The notes below the pieces were generated by a model. That model was not told the DNA's origin. It searched no databases and worked only from the letters and a program-made list of their open reading frames with translations. Below, piece after piece: positions 1 through 6,607 of a stretch of 9,656 nucleotides of DNA; the first letter of the stretch is position 1; every line of letters begins with the position of its first letter. Location of the stretch: the IMG/VR virus record IMGVR_UViG_2534681992_000031; one strand, given 5' to 3'. The position numbers were made by a program, and so were the translations under genes. The stretch comes from a virus. Lineage: Duplodnaviria > Heunggongvirae > Uroviricota > Caudoviricetes.

Positions 1-1239
1 ATGAGCAGGGCAATTCATAGACTTAGCGACACTCTTTTACGAAAATTAAGCGGATCACCAACCACAAAAAGCACCTTTTTTAATGATGGTGGCAACCTTA
101 GCGTAAGGCATTCAACCAATGGCCTGTTAACCTGGTATTTCACTTACAGGGCCGGAACTGGTAGGCAGATATCACCGGAACGTCTGAGGCTGGGCAATTA
201 TCCCGATCTGAGCCTGAAAGCTGCCAGGGAAAAAGCGGCACAGTGTCGCGCCTGGCTGGCTGAGGGGAAAAATCCGCGCTATGAACTTAATCATGCTGTA
301 CAGGACGCTTTAGCCCCCGTGACGGTTAAGGAAGCTCTCACTTACTGGCTTGAATCGTACGCAAAGGAAAAGCGCACTGACTACGAATCACTGAAAAGCC
401 GGATCAATAAACACATAATTAGCCAGATTGGCGCTATGCCACTGGAAAAATGCGAGCTACGCCACTGGCTGGCCTGTTTTGACCAGCTTGCTAAGCGTAA
501 TCCGGTATCAGCCGGATTTTTGCTACAGGTGTGCAAACAGGCGCTTAAGTACTGCCGAAAACGACGCTACGCAATTACCAACGTTCTCGATGATATGGTT
601 GTCGGTGATGTTGGGAAAAAAGCAGAAATAAGCGAGCGCGTACTAACAAACAAGGAGCTTGGGGAATTACTACGCGCCCTTGATGAAAAAATTTACCCAC
701 CGTACTACAGCGCCCTGATTCGCCTCCTGATTGTCTTCGGATGTCGTACCACTGAGCTAAGACGCTCTGAGGTCCAGGAATGGGATTTTAAAGAAATGCT
801 CTGGACCGTGCCGAAAGAACACAGCAAAACGAAGGTAGCAATATTCAGGCCAATACCGGAAGCGATCTTGCCGTTTGTCATGAAGCTGGTGGAGCAGAAC
901 AGGCACACGGGATTATTGCTCGGAGAACTGAAAGGGCAATCATCCGTATCAGAGTACGGAAGAACGGCACACAGACGCATTAATCAAGCCCCATGGACGT
1001 TGCACGACATCCGGCACACGTTTACAACGATGCTGAACGATTTAGGCGTTGATCCTCATGTAGTGGAGCAGCTAACCGCGCACCAGTTGCCAGGAATGCA
1101 ACGAGTCTATAATCACTCCCGTTATCTTGATGCAAAACGTGACGCTCTTAATCTATGGGGTGAGCGTCTCGAGCTTCTCCAGAACAATGATGAAAAAATC
1201 GTTGTTATGACCCCGCGAATTTACTCCCAAAATTCTTGA
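1..1239 (+). CDS. int: Tyrosine site-specific integrase, P4-type, 412 aa; may be complete or begin just upstream of the window
   Basis: N-terminal arm-binding-like pattern (RKLSG...NDGGNLSVRHSTNG...WYFTYR...LGNYPDLSLKAAREKA) typical of P4-family integrases; C-terminal catalytic motifs LHDIRHTFTT (HxxR) and VYNHSRYLD (catalytic Tyr). ORF fills the frame from position 1 to the TGA at 1237-1239. Confidence 0.85.
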   Translation: MSRAIHRLSDTLLRKLSGSPTTKSTFFNDGGNLSVRHSTNGLLTWYFTYRAGTGRQISPERLRLGNYPDLSLKAAREKAAQCRAWLAEGKNPRYELNHAVQDALAPVTVKEALTYWLESYAKEKRTDYESLKSRINKHIISQIGAMPLEKCELRHWLACFDQLAKRNPVSAGFLLQVCKQALKYCRKRRYAITNVLDDMVVGDVGKKAEISERVLTNKELGELLRALDEKIYPPYYSALIRLLIVFGCRTTELRRSEVQEWDFKEMLWTVPKEHSKTKVAIFRPIPEAILPFVMKLVEQNRHTGLLLGELKGQSSVSEYGRTAHRRINQAPWTLHDIRHTFTTMLNDLGVDPHVVEQLTAHQLPGMQRVYNHSRYLDAKRDALNLWGERLELLQNNDEKIVVMTPRIYSQNS

Positions 1240-1244
1240 CAAAT

Positions 1245-1276
1245 TACGGCTGTTTTTCTTCGGGAAAATAGCCGTC
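1245..1276 (+). terminator. Hairpin with cUUCGg loop just after the int stop; weak intrinsic terminator candidate
   Basis: ACGGCT(1245-1250) and AGCCGT(1271-1276) pair, with inner TTTTC/GAAAA pairing around a TTCGG loop; followed only by CTT then an A-run, so the U-tract is poor. Confidence 0.25.
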
Positions 1277-1287
1277 TTAAAAAAATC

Positions 1288-1312
1288 GTCGAAGTTCGAC
1301 CAAAGTTCGTCG
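1288..1312. repeat. 13-bp palindrome GTCGAAgTTCGAC plus direct AAGTTCG repeats; candidate protein-binding sites in the int-alpA control region
   Basis: Read directly: gtcgaagttcgac at 1288-1300 is a 6-1-6 palindrome; aagttcg at 1292-1298 and 1303-1309 (11-bp spacing). Confidence 0.35.
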
Positions 1313-1513
1313 TTTTTTTATTTGTCAATCATCGAAAAAATTGAAATTCACTCTCCTGAATCCTTATTCTCTGTTTCTTGATTGTTCCAACACCTGATGG
1401 TTTATCTATTTGTTTTTAATGAGATAATTTAAGTGTAATACCAAATGACGACATTTTTTGTTGCGTCGCTTAAAAACTCGTGACACGATTTTATGAACAG
1501 CAGCAAACTCTAG

Positions 1514-1537
1514 CGAACTTTGACGAACATAAAGTTC
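1514..1537. repeat. Inverted and direct copies of the AAGTTCG-like motif (cgaactttgacgaac ... aaagttc)
   Basis: cgaactttgacgaac (1514-1528) is the reverse complement of gttcgtcaaagttcg, a 14/16 match to gttcgaccaaagttcg at 1294-1309; a further aaagttc lies at 1531-1537. Confidence 0.35.
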
Positions 1538-1648
1538 AGAAAGGTTACGTATTCAATTTAAGAGGTAAGAAAAGCTAAGAAGTAATATCTTTCCGTATAT
1601 CCACAGCGAAACAAAAATTTCTATACGTAATTTTATGTAGGACTTTTT

Positions 1649-1858
1649 ATGCGCGAAATAAATGAAGATCGTGTAATCCGCGAAAAAGAATGCAGAGAGC
1701 TAACAGGCGTTTGCCGCACAACTCGTTACGAGATGGAAAAGCAGGGCCGCTTCCCCTCACGTATCAGTCTCGGCGGTCGTTCTGTTGGCTGGGTTAAGTC
1801 TGAGGTTATGGAATGGGTTAAAAGCAGGGATCGTATTAATGCAGGTAAGGCAGCGTAA
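1649..1858 (+). CDS. alpA: AlpA-family phage regulatory protein (small MerR-like HTH; excision/activator type), 69 aa
   Basis: Pattern RVIREKECRELTGVCRTTRYEMEKQGRFPSRISLGGRSVGWVKSEVMEWV matches AlpA/Xis-like HTH proteins (VGW...E...EW signature); AGGA at 1639-1642 six nt upstream of the ATG; position immediately after int is typical of P4-like and PICI elements. Confidence 0.8.
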   Translation: MREINEDRVIREKECRELTGVCRTTRYEMEKQGRFPSRISLGGRSVGWVKSEVMEWVKSRDRINAGKAA

Positions 1859-1874
1859 AGGGGAGCATATGACA

Positions 1875-1905
1875 CATAAAACAAAGGCGACCTGTGGCGG
1901 TCGCC
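1875..1905 (-). terminator. Intrinsic terminator for the minus-strand RHH gene
   Basis: Perfect 7-bp stem GGCGACC(1886-1892)/GGTCGCC(1899-1905) with a 6-nt loop; on the minus strand it is followed by TTTGTTTTAT (plus-strand A-run 1875-1885). No U-tract follows it on the + strand. Confidence 0.45.
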
Positions 1906-1993
1906 AATGGGAAAACACTAAACATAAGCCCGAACATCATAGCGATTTGCTGTCTGGTGGGCAATGTGCTCAGTGTGCTGGCTTGCTGGTGGG

Positions 1994-2173
1994 CTATTCC
2001 TGCTCTTTGGCCTTGCGGCGCTGGCGGCGTTTGATCTCGCCTTGCATTGACGCAATGATGAATTGTGATGTGCTTTCGCCTGATTCTTTCACTAATTCCA
2101 TCTCGTTTACTATTTCGTGTGGTACACGAGCCTTTAGAGCTTGTGATTTTGCGTTTGTTGTACCCGTTGCCAT
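1994..2173 (-). CDS. Ribbon-helix-helix (Arc/MetJ/CopG-like) DNA-binding protein, 59 aa; putative repressor
   Basis: Minus-strand ATG at 2173-2171 with AGAGGA RBS; product MATGTTNAKSQALKARVPHEIVNEMELVKESGESTSQFIIASMQGEIKRRQRRKAKEQE follows the RHH pattern (beta strand ALKARVP, helix, G-x-S/T turn, second helix), comparable to Arc. The ORF track lists a longer minus ORF (1994..2356) in this frame; the internal Met with an RBS is preferred. Confidence 0.65.
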   Translation of the reverse strand: MATGTTNAKSQALKARVPHEIVNEMELVKESGESTSQFIIASMQGEIKRRQRRKAKEQE

Positions 2174-2195
2174 TTCTATTCCTCTGTTGGATTGG

Positions 2196-2275
2196 TGGGG
2201 GACAGTATACACAGAAAAAGCACAAATAAAACTCTTGACGTGGGCCACACCTAAAGAATATAGTGGGCCACACCT
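2196..2275. promoter_or_regulatory. Divergent promoter region: rightward sigma70-like promoter with two operator-like 9-bp palindromes; candidate leftward promoter for the RHH gene
   Basis: -35 TTGACG (2235-2240), 18-bp spacer, -10 TATAGT (2259-2264). Identical 13-mers gtgggccacacct at 2240-2252 and 2263-2275, each holding the palindrome GTGG-G-CCAC, cover the spacer and the -10/+1 region. On the minus strand a TATACT -10-like hexamer lies at 2204-2209. Confidence 0.45.
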
Positions 2276-2372
2276 TGAGGTTATCAAGGTGCATAAATGC
2301 AAAGCCCCGCAAGTGTCGTTACCACTCGCAGGGCTTCTAACCACCAACGATAGCAAGATTATCGAGGCAGCT

Positions 2373-2579
2373 ATGAGAAATCATACCACACACCCGCAAG
2401 GGCGGGACTCGCACAACCTGAATAAATACATCTGGCGTTTTATCGCCCTGAGCACGGCACAACCGCGCGTGATTACCATTGAGGCCACCAGCGAACAGGA
2501 AGCACGCCAGCAATCTCCGGCTGGCTGCGTGATGGTATTCGCTGCCCGTATTCGTCAGGGGGAAACCTATGCACAATAA
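2373..2579 (+). CDS. Hypothetical protein, 68 aa; first gene of the rightward operon
   Basis: ATG at 2373 with GAGG RBS (2364-2367, 5-nt spacer); stop TAA 2577-2579 overlaps the next gene's start. No recognisable motif. Confidence 0.5.
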   Translation: MRNHTTHPQGRDSHNLNKYIWRFIALSTAQPRVITIEATSEQEARQQSPAGCVMVFAARIRQGETYAQ

Positions 2580-2793
2580 AACCACACCGGACGCAACCGC
2601 CGCCGCACTCACTACACTGATGCACGCGCTGATTGATATTTCTGTTATTGCTGACAGGGCGCATAAACACGCAGCCAGAGAATCAGAATGCATCTTCCAT
2701 TATTTAGCATTTGTGCAGCTAAAAGCCGATCAGGCACTGGATAAGGCCGGAAAAATTATCATGGCTGATGTGCAGGAGGTGCACCATGCATAA
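2569..2793 (+). CDS. Hypothetical protein, 74 aa
   Basis: ATG at 2569 preceded by a GGGGGA RBS; overlaps the previous stop by 11 nt and the next start by 8 nt, consistent with translational coupling. Predicted helical; no recognisable motif. Confidence 0.5.
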   Translation: MHNKTTPDATAAALTTLMHALIDISVIADRAHKHAARESECIFHYLAFVQLKADQALDKAGKIIMADVQEVHHA

Positions 2794-3289
2794 CCTGTCA
2801 ATTTCTGACCTTAACAGCATTCAGTTTGACGAGAAATTTACCGGGCAGTTGCTGGTCAATGTGGAGAACGGGCGCATAGTGCGTAATTATCACCTGCCGG
2901 ATGGTGCAATTGCCGGAAGCGTTGAAGCATTGCTGGAACTGGCGGAACGTGCGCGACTGATTAAGCCGTCAACGAGCCATCACGATGATGATCTGCATTT
3001 TACCGGATGTATGGTGAGTCACTACGAAAACGGCGTCGAGGTATCCTGCGAACGGCTGCGTGATGATTGCTGTTTCGGCACACTGCCGGAATTTTCCGGC
3101 GTTCCTGATGATGCGGCTGATGCGCTTTCGTCAATGCCAGAGCTTATTAGAGCGGCTTTTTTCTTACTTTCCACGAGAGAATATAAATCAACGGGGCTTG
3201 ATGTACTGAATATCGCCGCCGATTATGCGGAATATGTGGCAGAGGCGCGTTATAGAAGAAAATTTCCTGAGGATGTAAGCCATGCGTGA
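2786..3289 (+). CDS. Hypothetical protein, 167 aa
   Basis: ATG at 2786 with a perfect AGGAGG RBS (2774-2779, 6-nt spacer); preferred over the upstream ATG at 2768. Acidic protein of unknown function. Confidence 0.55.
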   Translation: MHNLSISDLNSIQFDEKFTGQLLVNVENGRIVRNYHLPDGAIAGSVEALLELAERARLIKPSTSHHDDDLHFTGCMVSHYENGVEVSCERLRDDCCFGTLPEFSGVPDDAADALSSMPELIRAAFFLLSTREYKSTGLDVLNIAADYAEYVAEARYRRKFPEDVSHA

Positions 3290-3515
3290 TATTTACCACC
3301 AAACAATAGACCGCGCATTTCTTGCACTTTCTCACAGTGAAAACATGATGGAAATATTGCGCATATGGCTTAAAACACTTGGCGACAATGAACGCGACAA
3401 ACAAAAATCAAGAATTGCCACGGCATTAATAACGCTTCTTGAGCCTGTAATAATGGAACTGCAAGAAATAGATCTATTGCACGACAGATATAAAGAACAG
3501 CACACCGGAGAATAA
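3282..3515 (+). CDS. Hypothetical protein, 77 aa
   Basis: ATG at 3282 overlaps the upstream stop (3287-3289); GAGGA upstream; stop TAA 3513-3515. Confidence 0.5.
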   Translation: MRDIYHQTIDRAFLALSHSENMMEILRIWLKTLGDNERDKQKSRIATALITLLEPVIMELQEIDLLHDRYKEQHTGE

Positions 3516-3520
3516 AAATA

Positions 3521-3895
3521 ATGAAACTTAAATATTCTGGCTTAACTGCCAGTGGCAACACTCACCCTAAATTTACGCGCGGTGATATTTACCGCGACCA
3601 GTACGGCGGCACGGTAATGATTAAGGGCGTGGAAGAACGGCGCGTAACCTACCGCCGTGAAGGTTACGAATATGATTGCGTGATGCCTGTTTATCAGTTC
3701 CGGCGTGATTTTTCTCTGGTACAGACCGCGCCGCATAACGTGCCCACCAGCAACGCCAGGGCACGGGCAAACATCCAGAAGCTGAAAACCATGATTAACG
3801 GATTCAGGGGTAAAAATGAAACTGGCACCGAACGTAAAACAGCAGTCACGCGGCATAAAACACAAAGAAACAGAAGTCATTATTTTTGCGGGTAG
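3521..3895 (+). CDS. Hypothetical protein, 124 aa; 3-prime end overlaps the primase start by 80 nt in another frame
   Basis: ATG at 3521 with GGAG 10 nt upstream; ORF runs to TAG 3893-3895. Basic C-terminal tail. The unusually long overlap lowers confidence in the exact extent. Confidence 0.4.
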   Translation: MKLKYSGLTASGNTHPKFTRGDIYRDQYGGTVMIKGVEERRVTYRREGYEYDCVMPVYQFRRDFSLVQTAPHNVPTSNARARANIQKLKTMINGFRGKNETGTERKTAVTRHKTQRNRSHYFCG

Positions 3896-5570
3896 TGATG
3901 CCTGGGCACACGCGAAACAATGGCAGGAACATGATGCGCGTATGGCCGGAGATAATGAGCCTCCTGTGTGGCTTGGGGAGCAGCAGTTATCAGAACTGGA
4001 TAAGCTGCAAATTGTGCCGGAAGGCAGAAAATCCGTGCGCATATTCAGGGCCGGATATCTTGCGCCAGTAATGATAAAGGCGATTGGCCAGAAGCTGGCG
4101 GCGGCAGGCGTACAGGATGCAAATTTTTACCCTGATGGTATGCACGGTCAGAAGGTGGAGAACTGGCGCGAATATCTGGCCCGTGAGCGCCAGAATCTTT
4201 CTGATGGTCTGGTCATTGAGCTTCCGGTAAAGCAAAAGGCGCAACTTTCGCAGATGGCGGACAGTGAGCGCGCGCAGCTGCTTGCCGATCGCTTTGATGG
4301 CGTTTGCGTACATCCTGAAAGTGAAATCGTTCACGTATGGCGTGGCGGGGTATGGTGTCCGGTCAGCACAATGGAACTGAGCCGCGAAATGGTGGCGATC
4401 TATTCAGAGCACAGGGCCACTTTCAGCAAGCGCGTAATCAATAACGCCGTGGAAGCGTTAAAAGTTATTGCCGAACCAATGGGCGAGCCGTCCGGCGATT
4501 TGCTGCCGTTCGCCAATGGTGCGCTTGACCTGAAAACGGGGGAATTTTCCCCGCACACGCCGGAGAACTGGATCACCACGCACAACGGCATTGAGTACAC
4601 GCCACCAGCACCAGGGGAGAACATCCGCGATAACGCGCCAAACTTTCATAAATGGCTTGAGCACGCAGCCCGAAAAGACCCGCGCAAGATGATGCGTATA
4701 TGTGCCGCGCTGTACATGATTATGGCGAACCGGTACGACTGGCAGATGTTTATTGAGGCCAGCGGAGACGGCGGGAGCGGTAAAAGTACATTCACACACA
4801 TAGCCAGCCTTCTGGCAGGGAAACAGAACACGGTAAGCGCTGAAATGACATCGCTTGATGATGCTGGTGGACGTGCGCAGGTTGTCGGGAGTCGTCTTAT
4901 CGTCCTGGCAGACCAGCCGAAATATACAGGCGAAGGAACGGGCATCAAGAAAATCACGGGCGGCGACCCCGTGGAAATAAACCCGAAATATGAAAAGCGT
5001 TTCACGGCGGTAATCAGGGCGGTGGTGCTGGCGACCAATAATAACCCGATGATATTCACCGAACGGGCCGGAGGTGTGGCACGTCGTCGCGTGATTTTCC
5101 GTTTCGACAATATTGTTAGTGAGGCCGAAAAAGACAGGGAACTACCGGAAAAAATTGCGGCTGAAATCCCCGTCATTATCCGCCGCTTGCTGGCGAACTT
5201 TACCGACCCTGAAAAGGCGAGGGCTTTACTACTGGAACAGCGTGACGGTGATGAAGCACTGGCAATAAAGCAACAGACGGATCCGGTTATTGAGTTTTGC
5301 CAGTTCCTGAATTTTCTGGAGGAAGCGCGCGGCCTGATGATGGGTGGCGGTGGTGATTCAGTGAAGTACACGACCAGGAACAGCCTTTACCGCGTCTATC
5401 TGGCGTTTATGGCATACGCAGGCAGGAGCAAACCGCTAAACGTGGCTGAGTTCAGCAAGGCCATGAAGCCAGCGGCGAAAGTTTACGGGCATGAATATAT
5501 TACGCGAAAAGTTAAGGGAGTAACGCAGACCAACGCAATTACAACAGACGATTGCGACGCGTTTTTATAA
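3816..5570 (+). CDS. Replication primase/helicase, P4 alpha-like / D5-type P-loop NTPase, 584 aa
   Basis: Strong RBS CAGGGG five nt before the ATG at 3816; Walker A GDGGSGKST, Walker B-like LIVLADQ, and an N-terminal primase-like region (EVIIFAGSDAWAH, RAGYLAP resembling the EGYATA primase motif). Sits just upstream of an iteron cluster. Confidence 0.85.
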   Translation: MKLAPNVKQQSRGIKHKETEVIIFAGSDAWAHAKQWQEHDARMAGDNEPPVWLGEQQLSELDKLQIVPEGRKSVRIFRAGYLAPVMIKAIGQKLAAAGVQDANFYPDGMHGQKVENWREYLARERQNLSDGLVIELPVKQKAQLSQMADSERAQLLADRFDGVCVHPESEIVHVWRGGVWCPVSTMELSREMVAIYSEHRATFSKRVINNAVEALKVIAEPMGEPSGDLLPFANGALDLKTGEFSPHTPENWITTHNGIEYTPPAPGENIRDNAPNFHKWLEHAARKDPRKMMRICAALYMIMANRYDWQMFIEASGDGGSGKSTFTHIASLLAGKQNTVSAEMTSLDDAGGRAQVVGSRLIVLADQPKYTGEGTGIKKITGGDPVEINPKYEKRFTAVIRAVVLATNNNPMIFTERAGGVARRRVIFRFDNIVSEAEKDRELPEKIAAEIPVIIRRLLANFTDPEKARALLLEQRDGDEALAIKQQTDPVIEFCQFLNFLEEARGLMMGGGGDSVKYTTRNSLYRVYLAFMAYAGRSKPLNVAEFSKAMKPAAKVYGHEYITRKVKGVTQTNAITTDDCDAFL

Positions 5571-5583
5571 TTTTTTGTAAAAG

Positions 5584-5808
5584 CCCTCTACCCCATCTAC
5601 CCGAATGAAATAAATACATATTATTCAACATGATAAGTGGGTAGAGGGCCAGGTAGAAGGCTAATAAAAGCTCTCTACCTCTTCTACCTGATTTTATCAG
5701 TTTCAGGTAGCAGGGTAGACGGCAGGTAGAGGAGCCCCAAAAGCTATCTACCCGCTGAAAGCCTCGCCATTACTGACATGATGAGCATTCGGGTAGATGG
5801 GTAGAGGG
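5584..5808. repeat. Iteron cluster, putative origin of replication
   Basis: About 12 copies of the core GGTAGA / TCTACC in both orientations, arranged as close pairs (8-12 bp apart) at 5588/5596, 5640/5652, 5674/5683, 5714/5725 and 5792/5800, with further copies at 5706 and 5747. The outermost blocks ccctctaccccatctaccc (5584-5602) and gggtagatgggtagaggg (5791-5808) are reverse complements, and pairs flank AT-rich spacers (5603-5637 and 5690-5704). Confidence 0.6.
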
Positions 5809-5854
5809 GGGGGAGGCACAACTAAAAACTTTTTAAACGAGGGGGTGAAAATAA

Positions 5855-6169
5855 ATGCGCATACATCAAAATCACTTAACAAACATGCCAGCCGAAAACA
5901 TGAATCAGGGGCGACAAATGACCAAAATTCGCAGAGACAGAACAGAGCCAAAATATAAAGCGTTAGACATGACTGAGCATACCTTAAAGGTGGCAATCAG
6001 AACGATAGACCGCCATGCGGGGGAAGGATACGCGAAAGCACATCCCGACCTGATAAGCGCATTCATGACCACGACGGCGGCAAACTTTGCCACGCTGACA
6101 GAACGGGAGATTGCCGAAGCGGAACAGGTAACAACCATCAACGTTAAAACCGGAGAGGGGGCAGTATGA
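5855..6169 (+). CDS. Hypothetical protein, 104 aa, translationally coupled to the downstream SSB-like gene
   Basis: GAGGGGG RBS before the ATG at 5855; its stop TGA 6167-6169 overlaps the ATG at 6166 (ATGA). No recognisable motif. Confidence 0.5.
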   Translation: MRIHQNHLTNMPAENMNQGRQMTKIRRDRTEPKYKALDMTEHTLKVAIRTIDRHAGEGYAKAHPDLISAFMTTTAANFATLTEREIAEAEQVTTINVKTGEGAV

Positions 6170-6576
6170 CGGCACAGATAGCCGCTTACGGGCGGCTGGT
6201 GGACGACCCGCAGGTAAAACAGACCAGCAAGGGCACACCAATGACGCTGGCTCGTATGGCGGTATCGCTGCCATGCAGCCAGGCACAGGACGGACAGGCG
6301 ACGTTATGGCTGTCGGTCATCGCATTTGGCAAGCAGGCCGACTACCTGGCTAAACATCAAAAAGGCGATGTTGCCAGCGTATCCGGCACGATACAGGTTA
6401 GCCAGTGGACCGGACAGAACGGGGAAACGCGGCAGGGTTATCAGGTTATCGCAGACAGTGTAATCAGTGCCAGTGCTGCCCGTCCTGGCGGGAGCCGACG
6501 CAAGACCACAGGCACACAGGGTAATCAGCCACCAGCTGGAGGCGATGACCCCTACGGTGACAATATTCCTTTCTGA
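6166..6576 (+). CDS. ssb: Single-stranded DNA-binding protein (SSB-like OB-fold), 136 aa
   Basis: OB-fold pattern comparable to bacterial SSB (LWLSVIAFGKQADYLAKHQKGDVASVSGTIQVSQWTGQNGETRQGYQVIADSVI), a Gly/Pro-rich linker, and an acidic C-terminal tail ending DDPYGDNIPF (compare the canonical DDDIPF). Confidence 0.75.
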   Translation: MTAQIAAYGRLVDDPQVKQTSKGTPMTLARMAVSLPCSQAQDGQATLWLSVIAFGKQADYLAKHQKGDVASVSGTIQVSQWTGQNGETRQGYQVIADSVISASAARPGGSRRKTTGTQGNQPPAGGDDPYGDNIPF

Positions 6577-6584
6577 ACATCATG

Positions 6585-6607
6585 GCCGGAGAAAATCCGG
6601 CTTTTTT
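6585..6607 (+). terminator. Intrinsic terminator downstream of the SSB-like gene
   Basis: Stem GCCGGA(6585-6590)/TCCGGC(6596-6601), loop GAAAA, followed by TTTTTT (6602-6607). Confidence 0.6.

Noticed and set aside
1836-2312. Minus-strand 158-aa ORF overlapping the RHH gene in another frame
   Set aside because: No RBS, product not protein-like, and it would run through the promoter/operator region; the 59-aa RHH reading is much better supported.
1785-2579. Long + strand ORF (264 aa; alternative start at 1869 with an AAGGGGAG RBS) spanning the alpA 3-prime end and the whole RHH gene on the opposite strand
   Set aside because: Product is low-complexity and Cys/Arg-rich with no motif; it contains the 1886-1905 hairpin and runs antisense through the better-supported RHH gene and the divergent promoter. 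Only its last 68 codons (2373..2579, own RBS) are kept as a gene.
3542-5371. Several minus-strand ORFs (3542..4042, 3990..4334, 4458..4799, 4646..5371) antisense to the primase and the upstream gene
   Set aside because: Ser/Arg/Cys-rich low-complexity translations typical of antisense frames of a real gene; no convincing RBS.
5584-5808. Possible CRISPR array suggested by the dense short repeats
   Set aside because: Repeat units are only 6-9 bp, occur in both orientations with irregular spacing and no unique spacers; this is an iteron cluster, not a CRISPR array.
5748-5996. Minus-strand 82-aa ORF overlapping the iteron region and the start of the 5855 gene
   Set aside because: Spans the putative origin and conflicts with the RBS-supported + strand gene; likely spurious.
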